A DNA stretch of 64,000 bases, taken from assembly GCA_963639575.1 (NCBI GenBank), contig CAVHUR010000009.1:1477-65476 (forward strand), given 5' to 3'. The translations under genes and the position numbers were made by a program. The first letter of the stretch is position 1, and every line of letters begins with the position of its first letter. Shown here in pieces: positions 9,683-19,575 of the stretch. The notes under the pieces are model-generated. The model saw nothing but the letters and a program-made list of their open reading frames with translations, was not told the DNA's origin and did not search any database. Source of the stretch: an uncultured Spirochaetota bacterium (lineage in GTDB: Bacteria; Bacteroidota; Bacteroidia; Bacteroidales; Bacteroidaceae).

Positions 9683-10358
9683 GCGGGGACGCCGCAACTA
9701 CTATGAATTGTGCTTGATTTGACGCGGGGACGCGTCAACTACTATTGTTAGTAGTTGCAATTGCGATGATTGGCGGATACTGCGCATTTATGTAGTAGTT
9801 GCAGCGTCCCCGCTGCAACCAGTCGTTCGGGTTCGGAAGTTCTGCTTGGAGAGATGCGGCGGGGACGCCGCAACTACTACGAATTGTGTCAGGTTTGACG
9901 CGGGGACGCGTCAACTACTATTGTTAGTAGTTGCAATTGCAGTTGTTGGCGGATACGGTGCATTTATGTAGTAGTTGCAGCGTCCCCGCTGCAACCAGTC
10001 GTTTGGGTTCAGAATTTCTGCTTGCGATGATGCGGCGGGGACGCCGCAACTACTACGAATTGTGTCAGGTTTGACGCGGGGACGCGTCAACTACTATTGT
10101 TAGTAGTTGCAATTGCAGTTGTTGGCGGATACGGTGCATTTATGTAGTAGTTGCAGCGTCCCCGCTGCAACCAGTCGTTTGGGTTCAGAATTTCTGCTTG
10201 CGATGATGCGGCGGGGACGCCGCAACTACTACGAATTGTGTCAGGTTTGACGCGGGGACGCGTCAACTACTATTGTTAGTAGGTGCAGCGTCCCCGCTGC
10301 ACTATGCTTGTTAGTGAAGGAATTAGAGAATTGTTTGACGCGGGGACGCGTCAACTAC
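9683..10358. repeat. BIME-like array of GTAG-type REP hairpins; 176-bp tandem unit, ~3.4 copies plus an extra REP pair
   Basis: TTTGACGCGGGGACGCGTCAACTAC recurs at 9718, 9894, 10070 and 10246 (period 176) and again at 10334. Each unit also has GTAGTTGCAGCGTCCCCGCTGCAAC and TGCGGCGGGGACGCCGCAACTAC. Confidence 0.92.
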
Positions 10359-11203
10359 TACAATAATAATAGAGGTAAGGACCGTTTATCCGTCCCCACC
10401 TCTATTATTATAACGGTGTGCCGCCGCAGCGGACACACCGTCCGTTGCATGCGGTTATTCCTCTTCCTCAAACACCCACTCGGGTACTTCCTTCGAGAGT
10501 ACGTCGTAATCCTTGCTTGCGGGAGTGCTGTTCACAGACGTGCAGATTATGTCGCATGCGCCCATGGCTACGATCTCGGCAGCCGGAGCGGTGTATTTCT
10601 TTGTGTTGTTCATATCGTGTTGTGCGTTACAGGTTATTTTACTATGAATTTCTTGCCGTTCTTGATGTAGATGCCCTTGGTCATGTCGGCAGGGTTGACC
10701 TTCACTCCGCTGAGCGTGTAGATGTCGTCGGAGGCGGTGTCAGCGCCGATGTTGTCGATGCCGGTGGTCTCGCTGTCGCTGAAGAACAGTGCCTTCGACT
10801 GTGATGACATGTCTTTGAGATAAGCCTTGCCGGCAGGACAGGTGATGGGATCGGCGTCGGTGACGATGTAGAAAGCCACGCCGCTGGTCTGGTTCTGCAT
10901 GACGTAAGCGCCGGCAGGAACGCTTGTGGCCTCACTGCAACCCACGAGTTTGTTGCTCTCGTTCTTTGTCGGTGCGAGCAGAGAGTGTGTGTACACCTTG
11001 TATTCGCCTGCCTTGCCGTTGAGGAGAACGCCCTCGCCCTCGGCTATCACGGCAGCGTCGGTCTCGGTCAGGGTAGTGCCGTTCTCTTCAGTTCCGGTGA
11101 TATACTTCGTCACGGTGCCGTCGCCCACGACGCAGTTTGCCGTTGCGCAGTAGGTGCCTTTGCCCGCTTCGGTGATTGTGACAGTCTTGCCGGTGTCGGT
11201 AAG
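10246..11203. repeat. Copy 1 of a ~0.96-kb direct duplication (REP pair + hairpins + peptide ORF + 3' end of T9SS cargo gene)
   Basis: Near-identical to 20512-21491; identical spurious ORFs appear at offset 10288 (10702/20990 and 10926/21214). Confidence 0.9.
10455..10613 (-). CDS. Small 52-aa 'KKYxxP' peptide downstream of T9SS cargo gene
   Basis: Manual translation: MNNTKKYTAPAAEIVAMGACDIICTSVNSTPASKDYDVLSKEVPEWVFEEEE*. Followed by hairpins at ~10368-10441. Confidence 0.72.
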   Translation of the reverse strand: MNNTKKYTAPAAEIVAMGACDIICTSVNSTPASKDYDVLSKEVPEWVFEEEE

Positions 11204-13186
11204 CTTGATGTAGTCAACCTTTATTGTGTAGACGTATGCCTGTCTGCTATTCGTGTTCTGTATGATTATGGACGGAACGATACCTGCCCATGTCACCTTG
11301 TTGTTGGAGATAGATGTCTCTATGCCATTGCATGTCCATACTCCAGCATAGTTCGTTGTATTGGATACAGATAATTCTGTTCCCGTTATGAGGTAGCCTT
11401 CTTTTGCCGTGATGGTTATAGTAGAGTTTTTGTAGATTTGTATATAAGTGTTAGAACTGTTTGCATATGCATCACTTGTAACTATCGCGATGTTGTCTCT
11501 ATCTACAATAAAACCTCCAGTATTTTCTCCGGAATGTCCTTTTCCTTTGATGTCTTCATCGGTGGCATTGAACGTCTCGGTCATTTCTGATGCGTCATTC
11601 ACCTCCAGTGTGTAGGTGATGACCTCGGGTATGCCGTACTCAGTGCCTGCTGTGGCGGAGATGGTGATGGTAGTTTCGCCCTTGGCTACAGGGGTTACGG
11701 TCACCGTCTTGGTGTCTGCGTTGTATTCGGCAGTAGCTGCATCGGTGTTGGAAGATGCTACTGACACTTCGCCGTCGCCGACATAGGTCAGCGTATAGGT
11801 GTCGGTGTTGTCGGTGTTGAGTGTGGTTTTCGGGGCAGTCTCGGTCTTGAGGGTGGCAACCTTGGCCAGTGCGGTCACATCGGTGGGCATGAGCTGGAGT
11901 GCGTTGTTATAGCCCACAACGCCCGTGACGTCATATTTGTTGCCGTCGATGAGTGACGGGTTGGTCTTCAGACCGTCGTAATAGGCGATGGTTTTGTCGC
12001 TTGTGTCGGTGAAAGTGGCGTTTGCCTTGTCGTAGGTCACGTTCTTTATGGTGACGTACTTGCCGATGTGGATGGTGTTCTTGTTGTTGCCGTTTGTCTG
12101 CAATGTCTCGATAGATGTCTCTGTCGGGGTCAGTTCAGTACTTGTAATAGTCAAGCCTGTGGTGGAGAAGTCTTTGATAGCGTAAGAGCCTTTTGACAGG
12201 AGCAGTGTCGCGTTCTCTACTTTTCCGTTGATGACATTTCCTTTTTCAAGTCCGCTGACTCCGCTGACAAACATTCCGCGGTTGCCGTCGTAGATGTAGG
12301 CATTGCTGCCTGTGACGCCTGTCACTGTGGCATTCGTGAAAGTGAGGTCTGCTGTTATGCTCTCGATGCCGTTGTCAGCCAGTTTGTCTATTTCGTTCTG
12401 CATGGTCATGATGTCCTCGCACTCTCCCTTTATCGTGAGGGTGAATTCGGCGTAACTTGAGGCGTAGGTGTCGTTGCCGGCATAGTCTGCTCTGATGACG
12501 GCTGTTCCCGGGCTCTGTGTCTTGACTGTGCCGTCCGCCTCGACGGTGGCAATCTTCTCGTTGGTACTGCTGTATGTCACTGTGGCATCCGTGATTGTGG
12601 TGCCGCCTGCCTCCACTGTTGCGGCTGCAGAAACCTCTCCGTACATTACCGTTGTCAGGCTTGAACCGGTCACGCTGGTAAATTTCGTGTCCGTTCCAGT
12701 CTTGCCGTCATTATTTACATAGGTCACTGCCACCTTCTGAATCCTCCAATGACCTTTTGTTGCTGTATTCGTGAATGTGACAGAAGATTCCCCGTTGTCA
12801 TCTTTGGCAGTCCATGACACCGGTTTTGTAGATGTATCTAAAGTTCCGGAACTTACACTAATATCGGATGCTGAGGTTTTATCGTATGACGATATGGTGA
12901 TTTGCAGCTTTGCGATCTTCTTGCTTTCAGAAGATACAGTGAATGAGTTGCTTCCATAAATGCGGACTGCAGTTCCGCTTGTATAGTATGTTGGAGAGGT
13001 TGAATTACTGTTTTTTGCATATGAAATGGAGCAATTGCCACCATTTGTCGTAATGCTTTCGAGACTTTGCGCATTGCTGTATCCCTGTGCAGTCAGGTCT
13101 ATCGTCTCATCTTGCGCTACCGCTTTACCCCCCCCTATGACGAGTGTAAGGAGAAGCAGTAGTGTGGTTTGTAAATACTGTTTCAT
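10634..13186 (-). CDS. T9SS-secreted multidomain surface protein (Ig-like Big_2-type and beta-rich modules)
   Basis: Signal peptide, Thr-rich beta domains, TYSSTNEKIATV/VASSNTDAATA Ig-like motifs, and CTD TTGID...IYTLSGVKV...KGIYIKNGKKFIVK. Confidence 0.82.
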   Translation of the reverse strand: MKQYLQTTLLLLLTLVIGGGKAVAQDETIDLTAQGYSNAQSLESITTNGGNCSISYAKNSNSTSPTYYTSGTAVRIYGSNSFTVSSESKKIAKLQITISSYDKTSASDISVSSGTLDTSTKPVSWTAKDDNGESSVTFTNTATKGHWRIQKVAVTYVNNDGKTGTDTKFTSVTGSSLTTVMYGEVSAAATVEAGGTTITDATVTYSSTNEKIATVEADGTVKTQSPGTAVIRADYAGNDTYASSYAEFTLTIKGECEDIMTMQNEIDKLADNGIESITADLTFTNATVTGVTGSNAYIYDGNRGMFVSGVSGLEKGNVINGKVENATLLLSKGSYAIKDFSTTGLTITSTELTPTETSIETLQTNGNNKNTIHIGKYVTIKNVTYDKANATFTDTSDKTIAYYDGLKTNPSLIDGNKYDVTGVVGYNNALQLMPTDVTALAKVATLKTETAPKTTLNTDNTDTYTLTYVGDGEVSVASSNTDAATAEYNADTKTVTVTPVAKGETTITISATAGTEYGIPEVITYTLEVNDASEMTETFNATDEDIKGKGHSGENTGGFIVDRDNIAIVTSDAYANSSNTYIQIYKNSTITITAKEGYLITGTELSVSNTTNYAGVWTCNGIETSISNNKVTWAGIVPSIIIQNTNSRQAYVYTIKVDYIKLTDTGKTVTITEAGKGTYCATANCVVGDGTVTKYITGTEENGTTLTETDAAVIAEGEGVLLNGKAGEYKVYTHSLLAPTKNESNKLVGCSEATSVPAGAYVMQNQTSGVAFYIVTDADPITCPAGKAYLKDMSSQSKALFFSDSETTGIDNIGADTASDDIYTLSGVKVNPADMTKGIYIKNGKKFIVK

Positions 13187-13514
13187 TTGTTTGATTTGTT
13201 TGAATGGTTTATAAATGTTTGTGAAATAATCGGTTTCAACAAAGACCAGCGTCGTTTTCGTGTAGGGAATCCGCTTTCCGGGGTAAAAGCAAGCGTATTC
13301 CGTTGATGCCTACAAAGTTACCGCTTTTCTGCATAAAACCCAAATGCATTTGCAGAAATGAGCCGTTTTTTCTCCAAAATGTAACATCCCGGTCATATTT
13401 TGGACATTTCCACTGACTTTTTTCGTCTGTCCCCGCTTTTCCTCTGCCTCTGATTCGCCTTGGCGGAGCGTCCTGCAGCGTTTTCCGCAGCCTACGGATG
13501 TCGCCCGAAAACCG

Positions 13515-13601
13515 AAGATTGTGAGAATTTGTAATATTCCGCCTGAAAAGATTGCGAGAATTTGTAATGTTTTGGCAGAAAAGATTGTGAGGAAACTGAA
13601 T
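13515..13601 (+). repeat. Three direct repeats at 33-bp period upstream of AAA/DUF4143 gene
   Basis: AAGATTGYGAG(AATTTGTAAT) at 13515, 13548 and 13581. Confidence 0.8.
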
Positions 13602-13712
13602 TTTGCATTACCTTTGTATAAGATATTCTGCACTCGGGCAACAGAGAACAAGTTCTCTTGCCGCTCGTTTGTACAATCTTTGCATAAAGAAACAACCGAC
13701 AGTATATATAAT

Positions 13713-15047
13713 ATGGTATTCAAAAGGAAACTGTACGACAAGTTGCTCGAATGGAAGCAAAACAGACAGGGGAAGACTGCGGTCCTGATAGAGGGAGCGC
13801 GCCGTGTGGGAAAGTCGACATTGGCGAGGCAGTTCGCAGAGAATGAGTATGACTCGTATGTCATGATTGATTTCTCTATAGTTAAGGATGAAATCATCGA
13901 ACTGTTTGACCACATAGCGGACTTGGACTACTTCTTCCTGCAGCTCCAGTTCAGGCTGGGCGTGTCGCTGAAGGAGCGCCGCTCGCTGGTGATATTTGAC
14001 GAAGTGCAGAAGTGTCCCAAGGCACGGCAGGCGATAAAGCACCTTGTGGCTGACGGGAGATATGACTATGTGGAGACGGGTTCGCTGATTTCCATCCGCA
14101 AGAACGTGAAGGACATCCTGATTCCGAGTGAGGAGGAGAGGATGTACATGTATCCCATGGATTATGAGGAGTTCAAGTGGGCGCTGGGCGACACCACCTC
14201 CACGCCGCAGCTGAGAATGCTTTTCGACAAGAAGATGTCGATAGGCGATGCCGTCACACGCAAGTTGATGAGGGATTTCAGGGTCTACATGGTTGTCGGC
14301 GGAATGCCTCAGGCCGTCAGCGCATACATCGAAACCAACAATCTCATGGAGGTTGACAGGGTGAAGAGAAACATAATCCAACTCTACGAGGACGATTTCT
14401 ACAAGATAGACTCTTCGGGCAGGCTGTCCTTGCTCTTCGATTCCATACCGGCGCAACTCAGCAGCAATGCCTCAAGATACCAGGTGGCGAGTGCCATAAA
14501 AGGGAGAACCGGTTCGGAGAAAGTCATGCAGCTGATTTCCGAACTGCGTGAGTCGATGACGGTAAACATATCCTATCATGCCAACGACCCGGGCGTCGGC
14601 ATGTCCCTGACAATGGATTTGGACAGGTACAAGATGTATGTCACGGACACGGGACTGTTCATAACGCTTGCCTTCAAGGACAAGGACTTTACGGAAAACA
14701 TCATCTACCAGAAACTGATGACCGACAAACTGGATGCCAACTTGGGATATGTCTACGAAAATATGGTGGCGCAGATGCTGACGGCAACAGGCAACAAACT
14801 GTTCTATTACACGTTTCCGACAGAGACAGGCAAGCACAACTACGAGGTGGATTTCCTCCTGTCGCGCGGCAACAAGATATGTCCTATAGAGGTGAAGTCG
14901 TCGGGTTACAAGCGCCACGCCTCGCTCGACGCTTTCTGCAACAAGTTTTCAAGTAGGGTGCTCCAGCGGTATCTCATTTATACGAAGGACTTGCAGAAAG
15001 ACGAACAGACCCTGTTGCTGCCTGTCTATCTGACTCAATTCTTGTAA
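13713..15047 (+). CDS. AAA_14 ATPase with DUF4143 / PD-(D/E)xK-like C-terminus
   Basis: MVFKRKLYDKLLEWK, GARRVGKS, IFDEVQ, ETGS, VGGMPQ, ENMVAQ and EVDF...PIEVKS motifs. Confidence 0.9.
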   Translation: MVFKRKLYDKLLEWKQNRQGKTAVLIEGARRVGKSTLARQFAENEYDSYVMIDFSIVKDEIIELFDHIADLDYFFLQLQFRLGVSLKERRSLVIFDEVQKCPKARQAIKHLVADGRYDYVETGSLISIRKNVKDILIPSEEERMYMYPMDYEEFKWALGDTTSTPQLRMLFDKKMSIGDAVTRKLMRDFRVYMVVGGMPQAVSAYIETNNLMEVDRVKRNIIQLYEDDFYKIDSSGRLSLLFDSIPAQLSSNASRYQVASAIKGRTGSEKVMQLISELRESMTVNISYHANDPGVGMSLTMDLDRYKMYVTDTGLFITLAFKDKDFTENIIYQKLMTDKLDANLGYVYENMVAQMLTATGNKLFYYTFPTETGKHNYEVDFLLSRGNKICPIEVKSSGYKRHASLDAFCNKFSSRVLQRYLIYTKDLQKDEQTLLLPVYLTQFL

Positions 15048-15056
15048 AAACGCATT

Positions 15057-16532
15057 TTACGCCCTGAGCGAGAACTTCACGGTGAGCCCGCCTCCCGGGG
15101 TTATCTCCGCCGAGACGGTGCCTCCGTGCACTGCCACGGCGTTCTTCACTATCGCCATGCCGAGCCCCGTGCCGCCTATCTTGCGTGAGCGTCCCTTGTC
15201 CACACGGTAGAAACGCTCGAAAATGTGCGCCAGATGCTCCGGCGCGACGCCGCATCCGTTGTCGCTCACGGTGAAGTCGTAGGCGCGCGTCTCGCACCTT
15301 CCGCCGTTGCCGGACTCCTCTCCCTCGCTCTCCGCACAGATGATGGATATCCTCGTCGCGCCCGTGGCGTAGGCTATGGAGTTGTCGATGAGGTTGCGGA
15401 ATATGGAGTACACCAGACTGTAGTCGCCCGGGATGAGTATCTCGTCGGGCACGTTGAGTGTCGGCGTGATGCCCCGCTTTTCCAGTTCCAGTGCCGTGTC
15501 GTCGAGCACGGCGTCAATGACAGTCCTCACGTCTACCGTGTTTTTCGGCTTGCCCTCCACCTCCTTGTCCGCCACGGCATCCAGTTTGGTCAGTGTCGAC
15601 ATGTCCTGCAGCAGGCGGCACATGCGCTCGCTCTGCTCGTAGCAGCGCTCCATGAAGTGGCGCCGCTTGTCCTCAGGCAGGTCGGGCGTGTTGATCATCG
15701 TCTCCAGATAGCCCTGTATGCTGGCGGCAGGGGTCTTCAGTTCGTGCGCCGCATTTTGGGTCAGCTGCCGCTTGAGCCGCTCCTTGTCCTCCTCGGAGTT
15801 GCGCAGTTGCCAGTAGAGTTTTATTATTGTGTGCGATATGTCGCCCAGTTCGTCGTCGGGCACACGCTGTTCCAGCTGTTTGTCAAACTCCTCTCCGCGC
15901 TCGGCTTTCATGGCGAACTGCCGCAGATAGCCTATGTGGCGGCTCACCCGCTTGGTGTTGCTGTAGAGCACGAAGCCCAGCACTATGGTCAGTATGAGTG
16001 TGAAGTAGACGTAGGTGTAGTCCGCTTCCAGGCTGTTGGTGAGGGTGGCGGAGTAGGGGATTGCCGACCTTATTATATATGTGCGCCTGTCTTTGCCCTT
16101 GCCGACGCTGAATTTCGTGGCTGAATAGAAATAGGTGTCGTTGGTCGTCCGTGACAGTCGCTTGATGTCATAGCCGCTGCCGTTGGCGAGAGCCTGGCGT
16201 ATTTCCTTGCGCTTCAGGTGGTTTTCCATGCCCCCGATGTCGTCGTTGCCCGAGTCGGCTATCACCTTTCCCCGTGTGTCGACTATGGTGATGCGTATGC
16301 CGTTGGTGTCGCGCGCCCCCACATACTGCCGCAGTTTGTTTTCCGACACTATGCTGTCGCCGAGCCAGTGCATCACTTCGTAGTTGTCGGACTGGAGCAC
16401 CGCCTGCATGATGTCTATCTTGTAGCGTTTCTCGCGGTCATACTGGTAGACGACGAAGCAGAGCGCAAAGAGGACGAAAACTGTTCCCACGCTCACAAAC
16501 AGGTTGCCTTCGAATGACTTTGTGCGGATCAT
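15057..16532 (-). CDS. PhoR-like sensor histidine kinase
   Basis: Two TM segments, NH..R.EI..A periplasmic motif, H-box AAHELKTP, N-box NLIDNSIAY, DNGCG, FERFYRVDKGRSR and GTGLG. Confidence 0.9.
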   Translation of the reverse strand: MIRTKSFEGNLFVSVGTVFVLFALCFVVYQYDREKRYKIDIMQAVLQSDNYEVMHWLGDSIVSENKLRQYVGARDTNGIRITIVDTRGKVIADSGNDDIGGMENHLKRKEIRQALANGSGYDIKRLSRTTNDTYFYSATKFSVGKGKDRRTYIIRSAIPYSATLTNSLEADYTYVYFTLILTIVLGFVLYSNTKRVSRHIGYLRQFAMKAERGEEFDKQLEQRVPDDELGDISHTIIKLYWQLRNSEEDKERLKRQLTQNAAHELKTPAASIQGYLETMINTPDLPEDKRRHFMERCYEQSERMCRLLQDMSTLTKLDAVADKEVEGKPKNTVDVRTVIDAVLDDTALELEKRGITPTLNVPDEILIPGDYSLVYSIFRNLIDNSIAYATGATRISIICAESEGEESGNGGRCETRAYDFTVSDNGCGVAPEHLAHIFERFYRVDKGRSRKIGGTGLGMAIVKNAVAVHGGTVSAEITPGGGLTVKFSLRA

Positions 16533-16608
16533 ATTGATAGCGGATTGGTTTGCCGTGTGCCGGCGGCGGTGTGTATGCAAAGGGGGAAAGCGCGGCTTTC
16601 CCCCAGTG

Positions 16609-17337
16609 TTATTTCTCGAAAAGGTAGCCGAAACCGAACCGTGTCTTCACGCATTTGCCGTAGCTGCCTATCTTCTTGCGTATGCGCGTGATGTTCACGT
16701 CCACCGTGCGGTCGGTCACATAGGTGTCTCTCGGCCATATCCGTGCCAGTATCTTCTCGCGCGAGTACACCTTGCCGGGGTTGCCCATGAGCAGTGCCAG
16801 CAGTTCGAACTCCAGTTTGGTGAAGTTCACCTCCGTGCCGTCGACCGTCACCGACTTCTTGCCGATGTCGAGCGTCAGCCCCTCGAAGGTGATGATGTCG
16901 CTCTCGCCGTCCTCGTCGAGCGCACTGTCCGACGTGATGCGGGGCAGTTTCGACGTGCGGCGTATCACCGCCTTGACGCGCGCCTTCACCTCTTTCATCG
17001 ACAGCGGTTTGGATATGTAGTCGTCGGCACCGATGTTGAGACCCTTCACGGTGTCGTCTTCATTGTCGAGGGCGGTAATGAATATGATGGGGATGTGTGC
17101 CCTCTCGGGGTCCGACTTCAGCATGCGCGCCATCTTGAATCCCGATATCTCGCCCATCATCACGTCCAGGAGGATGAGGCTGAACTCGTTCTCGCCGCTG
17201 TTTTCGGGCGAGTGTATGGTCTCGAGAGCTTCCTCCGCGGAGTTGGCGGTCACCACTTCATAGCCCTCGGTCTCGAGGTTGAACTGCAGGATCTCGCAGA
17301 TGTCCTGCTCGTCGTCCACAACAAGTATTCTGTTCAT
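16609..17337 (-). CDS. OmpR/PhoB-family response regulator
   Basis: ILVVDDE, LLDVMM, GADDYISKP, and winged helix DRTVDVNITRIRKKI...GFGY. Confidence 0.92.
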   Translation of the reverse strand: MNRILVVDDEQDICEILQFNLETEGYEVVTANSAEEALETIHSPENSGENEFSLILLDVMMGEISGFKMARMLKSDPERAHIPIIFITALDNEDDTVKGLNIGADDYISKPLSMKEVKARVKAVIRRTSKLPRITSDSALDEDGESDIITFEGLTLDIGKKSVTVDGTEVNFTKLEFELLALLMGNPGKVYSREKILARIWPRDTYVTDRTVDVNITRIRKKIGSYGKCVKTRFGFGYLFEK

Positions 17338-17359
17338 ATTGCCCTTTCGTTTGATGATG

Positions 17360-17403
17360 CAAAGTTACGTCATACCTGTTACAAAAGTGTTACTATCGTG
17401 TAA
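17360..17403 (-). promoter_or_regulatory. Pho-box-like 11-bp-period direct repeats plus -7 promoter element
   Basis: Minus strand reads TTACA-n6-TAACA-n6-TAACA-n9-TAACTTTG. Confidence 0.65.
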
Positions 17404-17420
17404 CCAAGTCGTTAATTCTG

Positions 17421-19091
17421 CTACTTGCCCTTCAGCTCCTGCACTATGTTGACCACATAGTCGCCGATTTTCTCGCACTCGCAGATGAAGTCCACATAGA
17501 ACACGCCGAGCTGGTAGTCGTATTCGTGGTTGTTGACGGCCTGCAGGTTCTCCGCCTTGAACGCCGTGCGCAGCTCGTTCAGCTCCGTCTCGGTGGCGTA
17601 GTGTGAGGTCATGTTGATGGACTTGGGGTCTTTGTCGAGGTCGGCGCGCATCTCGTCCATCGCCTTCTCTGTCACCCGGAGCATGTCGTTGATGTGCCGC
17701 ATCTGCCTTTCGGTGTAGTGCAGGTTCTGCATCTCGCGCTTCCTCTCGAGCGTGCGCCCCAGGTGGTACATCGAGTCGCCTATGCTCTCCATCTCGTCCA
17801 CTATGCGCATCATGTGGGTGATGTCCGCTTTCGACTCGTCGGAGAGCCGTCCTTCCGACACTTTCGACAGGTAGTTGGCTATCTCCACCTCCATGTTGTC
17901 GGTGATCTGCTCATATTTGCCCACCTTGGAGAACAGTTCGGCGAACTCTGCCGTCTTGTTCGTGACGAGCAACTGCTTCACCATGGTCATCATCTTCATC
18001 AGTCTGTCGGCGAAGACACCTATCTCCTTGCGTGCCGCAGCCAGCGAAAGTTCGGATGTGGAGAGCATACCTCCCGAGATGAACAGCAGTCCCTTCTCCT
18101 GTTTCTCGTTCTCCTTGACGGGGAGAACCCAGCAGATGAGCTTTTCTATCTGGTTGACAAACCATATCAGGAGCAGCGTGTTGAACACGTTGAAAGCCGT
18201 GTGGAATGCCGAGAGCAGGTACATCTCGTTGTGGCGGACGTGCATCACGTCCTGCACGAACCATGTCACGGCGTCGCAGAAAGGATAGAACATCAAGAGT
18301 ACTATCATCACTCCGAACACGTTGAAGAACGTGTGCGCCAGTGCCGCGCGGCGTGCCTGCGTGTTGGCAGTGAGCGACGCCATGAGCGCGGTGATAGTAG
18401 TGCCGATGTTCTGACCCATGGCGAGCGCCGCCGCCTGGTGGAATCCGAAGCCCGGGATGTGCATGTCGAAGAGCATCAGGGTAATCGCCATCGTAGCGGC
18501 GGAAGCCTGCACTATCATCGTCACAATGGCTCCCACCAGCACAAAGAGTATCATCACCCAGATGCTGTCGCCCGACACGTGCTGCAGCATGTTGGCCACG
18601 ATAGACCCTATGTCGAGTGCTTCGGCAGACTTCTGCAGGTAGTTGAGACCCATGAACAGGAACGCGAAGCCGAACAGGAACTCTCCGATGCTCTTGCGCT
18701 TGTTCTTCGAGGAGAAGATGAGCGGCATTCCTATCGCCATGATTGGTATGGCGAAGGTGGCGATATCCATCTTGAAGCCTATGGAGGAGATTATCCACGC
18801 CGTCACCGTGGTGCCTATGTTGGCGCCCATTATCACCCCTATGGCCTGCACGAGCGACATCAGTCCGGCGTTGACGAAGCTCACCACCATCACCGTAGTG
18901 GCTGAACTCGACTGTATGAGCGCCGTCACGGCGATGCCCGTGAACACTCCCATCACCCTGTTGCGGGTCATCATGCCGATGATGTTGCGCAGTCTGTCGC
19001 CGGCAAACTTCTCCAGTCCCTCGCTCATTATCTTCATTCCGTAGAGGAAGAGGGCGAGCGCACCCAGTAGGCTTAATAAATCAAGAATCAT
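17421..19091 (-). CDS. Na/Pi cotransporter family protein with PhoU-like C-terminus
   Basis: FLYGMKIMSEGL, IQSSSATT, GANIGTT, VQASAAT, GQNIGTT and ESIGD/EKIGD motifs. Confidence 0.92.
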   Translation of the reverse strand: MILDLLSLLGALALFLYGMKIMSEGLEKFAGDRLRNIIGMMTRNRVMGVFTGIAVTALIQSSSATTVMVVSFVNAGLMSLVQAIGVIMGANIGTTVTAWIISSIGFKMDIATFAIPIMAIGMPLIFSSKNKRKSIGEFLFGFAFLFMGLNYLQKSAEALDIGSIVANMLQHVSGDSIWVMILFVLVGAIVTMIVQASAATMAITLMLFDMHIPGFGFHQAAALAMGQNIGTTITALMASLTANTQARRAALAHTFFNVFGVMIVLLMFYPFCDAVTWFVQDVMHVRHNEMYLLSAFHTAFNVFNTLLLIWFVNQIEKLICWVLPVKENEKQEKGLLFISGGMLSTSELSLAAARKEIGVFADRLMKMMTMVKQLLVTNKTAEFAELFSKVGKYEQITDNMEVEIANYLSKVSEGRLSDESKADITHMMRIVDEMESIGDSMYHLGRTLERKREMQNLHYTERQMRHINDMLRVTEKAMDEMRADLDKDPKSINMTSHYATETELNELRTAFKAENLQAVNNHEYDYQLGVFYVDFICECEKIGDYVVNIVQELKGK

Positions 19092-19316
19092 ATAACGGTT
19101 GTATGTGTTGCGTAACAGCGTGTCTTTGATGTTACAAAGCGATTACAAAATTAATACAAAAAATGACAAAAGTGCATGCCTGACAGTTAAAATTGCGAAC
19201 GAAAGTAAATATTGCCGTGCCGTCCCCGCAGTGTTCCTGCACCGCACAAACGCCCTCTGCGCACTCCGTGCACACCGTTGTGACGCCCTGAAAGCACCGT
19301 TCGCGTGGTGGCGCAA

Positions 19317-19453
19317 CACATGCAGTACGAGTGTGCGGCATATGCCGCACGCTTGTACCGCATATGCCGCACGGACGTACGCCATATGGTGTACCGTCGC
19401 CATAACGACGCTTTCGCGTCGGACAACGGCAGGTGCAGCGTCGCCGCTGCACC
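19317..19453. repeat. 22-bp-period CATATG repeats with an 18-bp palindrome, plus a REP-like hairpin
   Basis: CAYATG at 19317, 19339, 19361 and 19383; palindrome GTGCGGCATATGCCGCAC at 19333-19350; GGTGCAGCG-TCGC-CGCTGCACC at 19432-19453. Confidence 0.6.
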
Positions 19454-19575
19454 CTTTTTGCGGCGTGGCAGTTGCTTTTTCGTGATATTCTTCATAACTT
19501 TGCATCAGCGTGCGCACAGGTGCGGAAAGCGCCGCGCGGCGCACGGAAGGATAACGTTTACAGTTTGCCACAATC

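Noticed and set aside
9683..10358. Possible CRISPR array
   Set aside because: The intervening sequences are themselves repeated (176-bp tandem unit), the hairpins alternate in orientation, and no cas genes are present. It fits REP/BIME.
13521..13712. Extended N-termini from the ORF track (also 24838, 39921, 6529, 54763, 60838)
   Set aside because: These extensions run through promoter and repeat DNA. Downstream ATGs match family N-termini or signal peptides.
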